A stretch of 36,278 bases of DNA from NCBI GenBank assembly GCA_030615855.1, contig JAUWYL010000013.1, forward strand, positions 1-36,278. The letters run 5' to 3'. The notes under the pieces are model-generated. The model was not told the origin of the DNA. It searched no databases and saw nothing but the letters and a program-made list of their open reading frames with translations. The translations under genes and the position numbers were made by a program. The DNA is from a bacterium. Lineage in GTDB: Bacteria > UBP18 > UBA7526. Below are positions 35,799 through 36,278 of this stretch, piece after piece (the stretch's first letter is position 1; every line of letters starts with the position of its first letter).

Positions 35799-36278
35799 TG
35801 AGATTAGAAGAAAGAATAAGATCCCTTCCCCAGAGCTGTGGGGTCTATCTATTCAAGGACACTTCGGGAAAGATCCTCTATGTAGGCAAGGCAGCCAACC
35901 TCGCCAAGCGCGTGAAGAGTTACTTCCAGGTGCCCTCTCCCACTCCCAAGCTGGGCGCCCTAATCTCTCAGATCGGGGATCTAGATTATAAAATTACGGA
36001 CAATGAGGTAGAGGCTTTACTTTTAGAATGTAATCTCATTAAGGAATACCATCCTAGATATAACGTAAGCCTTAAGGACGACAAGAAATACCCTTATCTT
36101 AAGATAACCAAGGAGGACTTTCCTAGAATATTCGTTACCCGCAAGGTAAAGAACGATGGAGCAAAATACTTCGGTCCCTATACCAATGCCAAAGCCATCC
36201 GCCAAACCCTAAAATTCCTAAGGACCCTCTTTCCCATCAGGACCTGCAAGAGGAAGATTGGCAAAAAGCCCTTGAAAC
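35798..36278 (+). CDS. uvrC: Excinuclease ABC subunit C (3' truncated by window; not in the supplied ORF track)
   Basis: Own translation: MRLEERIRSLPQSCGVYLFKD...ILYVGKAANLAKRVKSYF...EALLLECNLIKEYHPRYNVSLKDDKKYPY (GIY-YIG domain of UvrC). Confidence 0.95.
   Translation, partial: MRLEERIRSLPQSCGVYLFKDTSGKILYVGKAANLAKRVKSYFQVPSPTPKLGALISQIGDLDYKITDNEVEALLLECNLIKEYHPRYNVSLKDDKKYPYLKITKEDFPRIFVTRKVKNDGAKYFGPYTNAKAIRQTLKFLRTLFPIRTCKRKIGKKPLK

Noticed and set aside
35791-35991. 66-aa ORF from the supplied track
   Set aside because: Out-of-frame shadow of uvrC, which starts at 35798 and runs off the window.

Overview
Core-genome window from a probably diderm bacterium (LptE-like lipoprotein, outer-membrane barrel-like protein); taxonomy cannot be assigned from the sequence alone. 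It holds the distal dcw cluster (murF-mraY-murD-ftsW-murG-murC-murB-ddl-ftsQ-ftsA-ftsZ), dnaE, fba-pfk, tRNA-Leu(CAA), a PHP-domain membrane protein, nfo, an orphan GspG-like pseudopilin, an SPFH protein, tRNA-Ala(GGC), a DUF1284-like gene, a barrel-like gene, bioY, leuS-lptE-[APC permease/EIIA fusion, divergent TrpE-like]-holA, murJ and the start of uvrC. The unusual signal is a layered system of tiny repeats in many gene junctions and inside essential genes. (1) Degenerate 7-10 nt tandem arrays, often as inverted pairs. (2) 20-42 nt GC-rich hairpins inserted into those arrays; four clearly bounded coding copies are multiples of 3 nt and add peptides to Ddl, FtsW, LeuS and the TrpE-like protein. 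(3) MITE-like elements with (C/T)CCCG...CGGG(G/A) ends and 4-bp direct repeats, some nested, landing in -35 boxes and in the murJ/uvrC stop-start overlap. No transposase, integrase or CRISPR array is present. MraY carries two unusual substitutions in its nucleoside-binding motifs.
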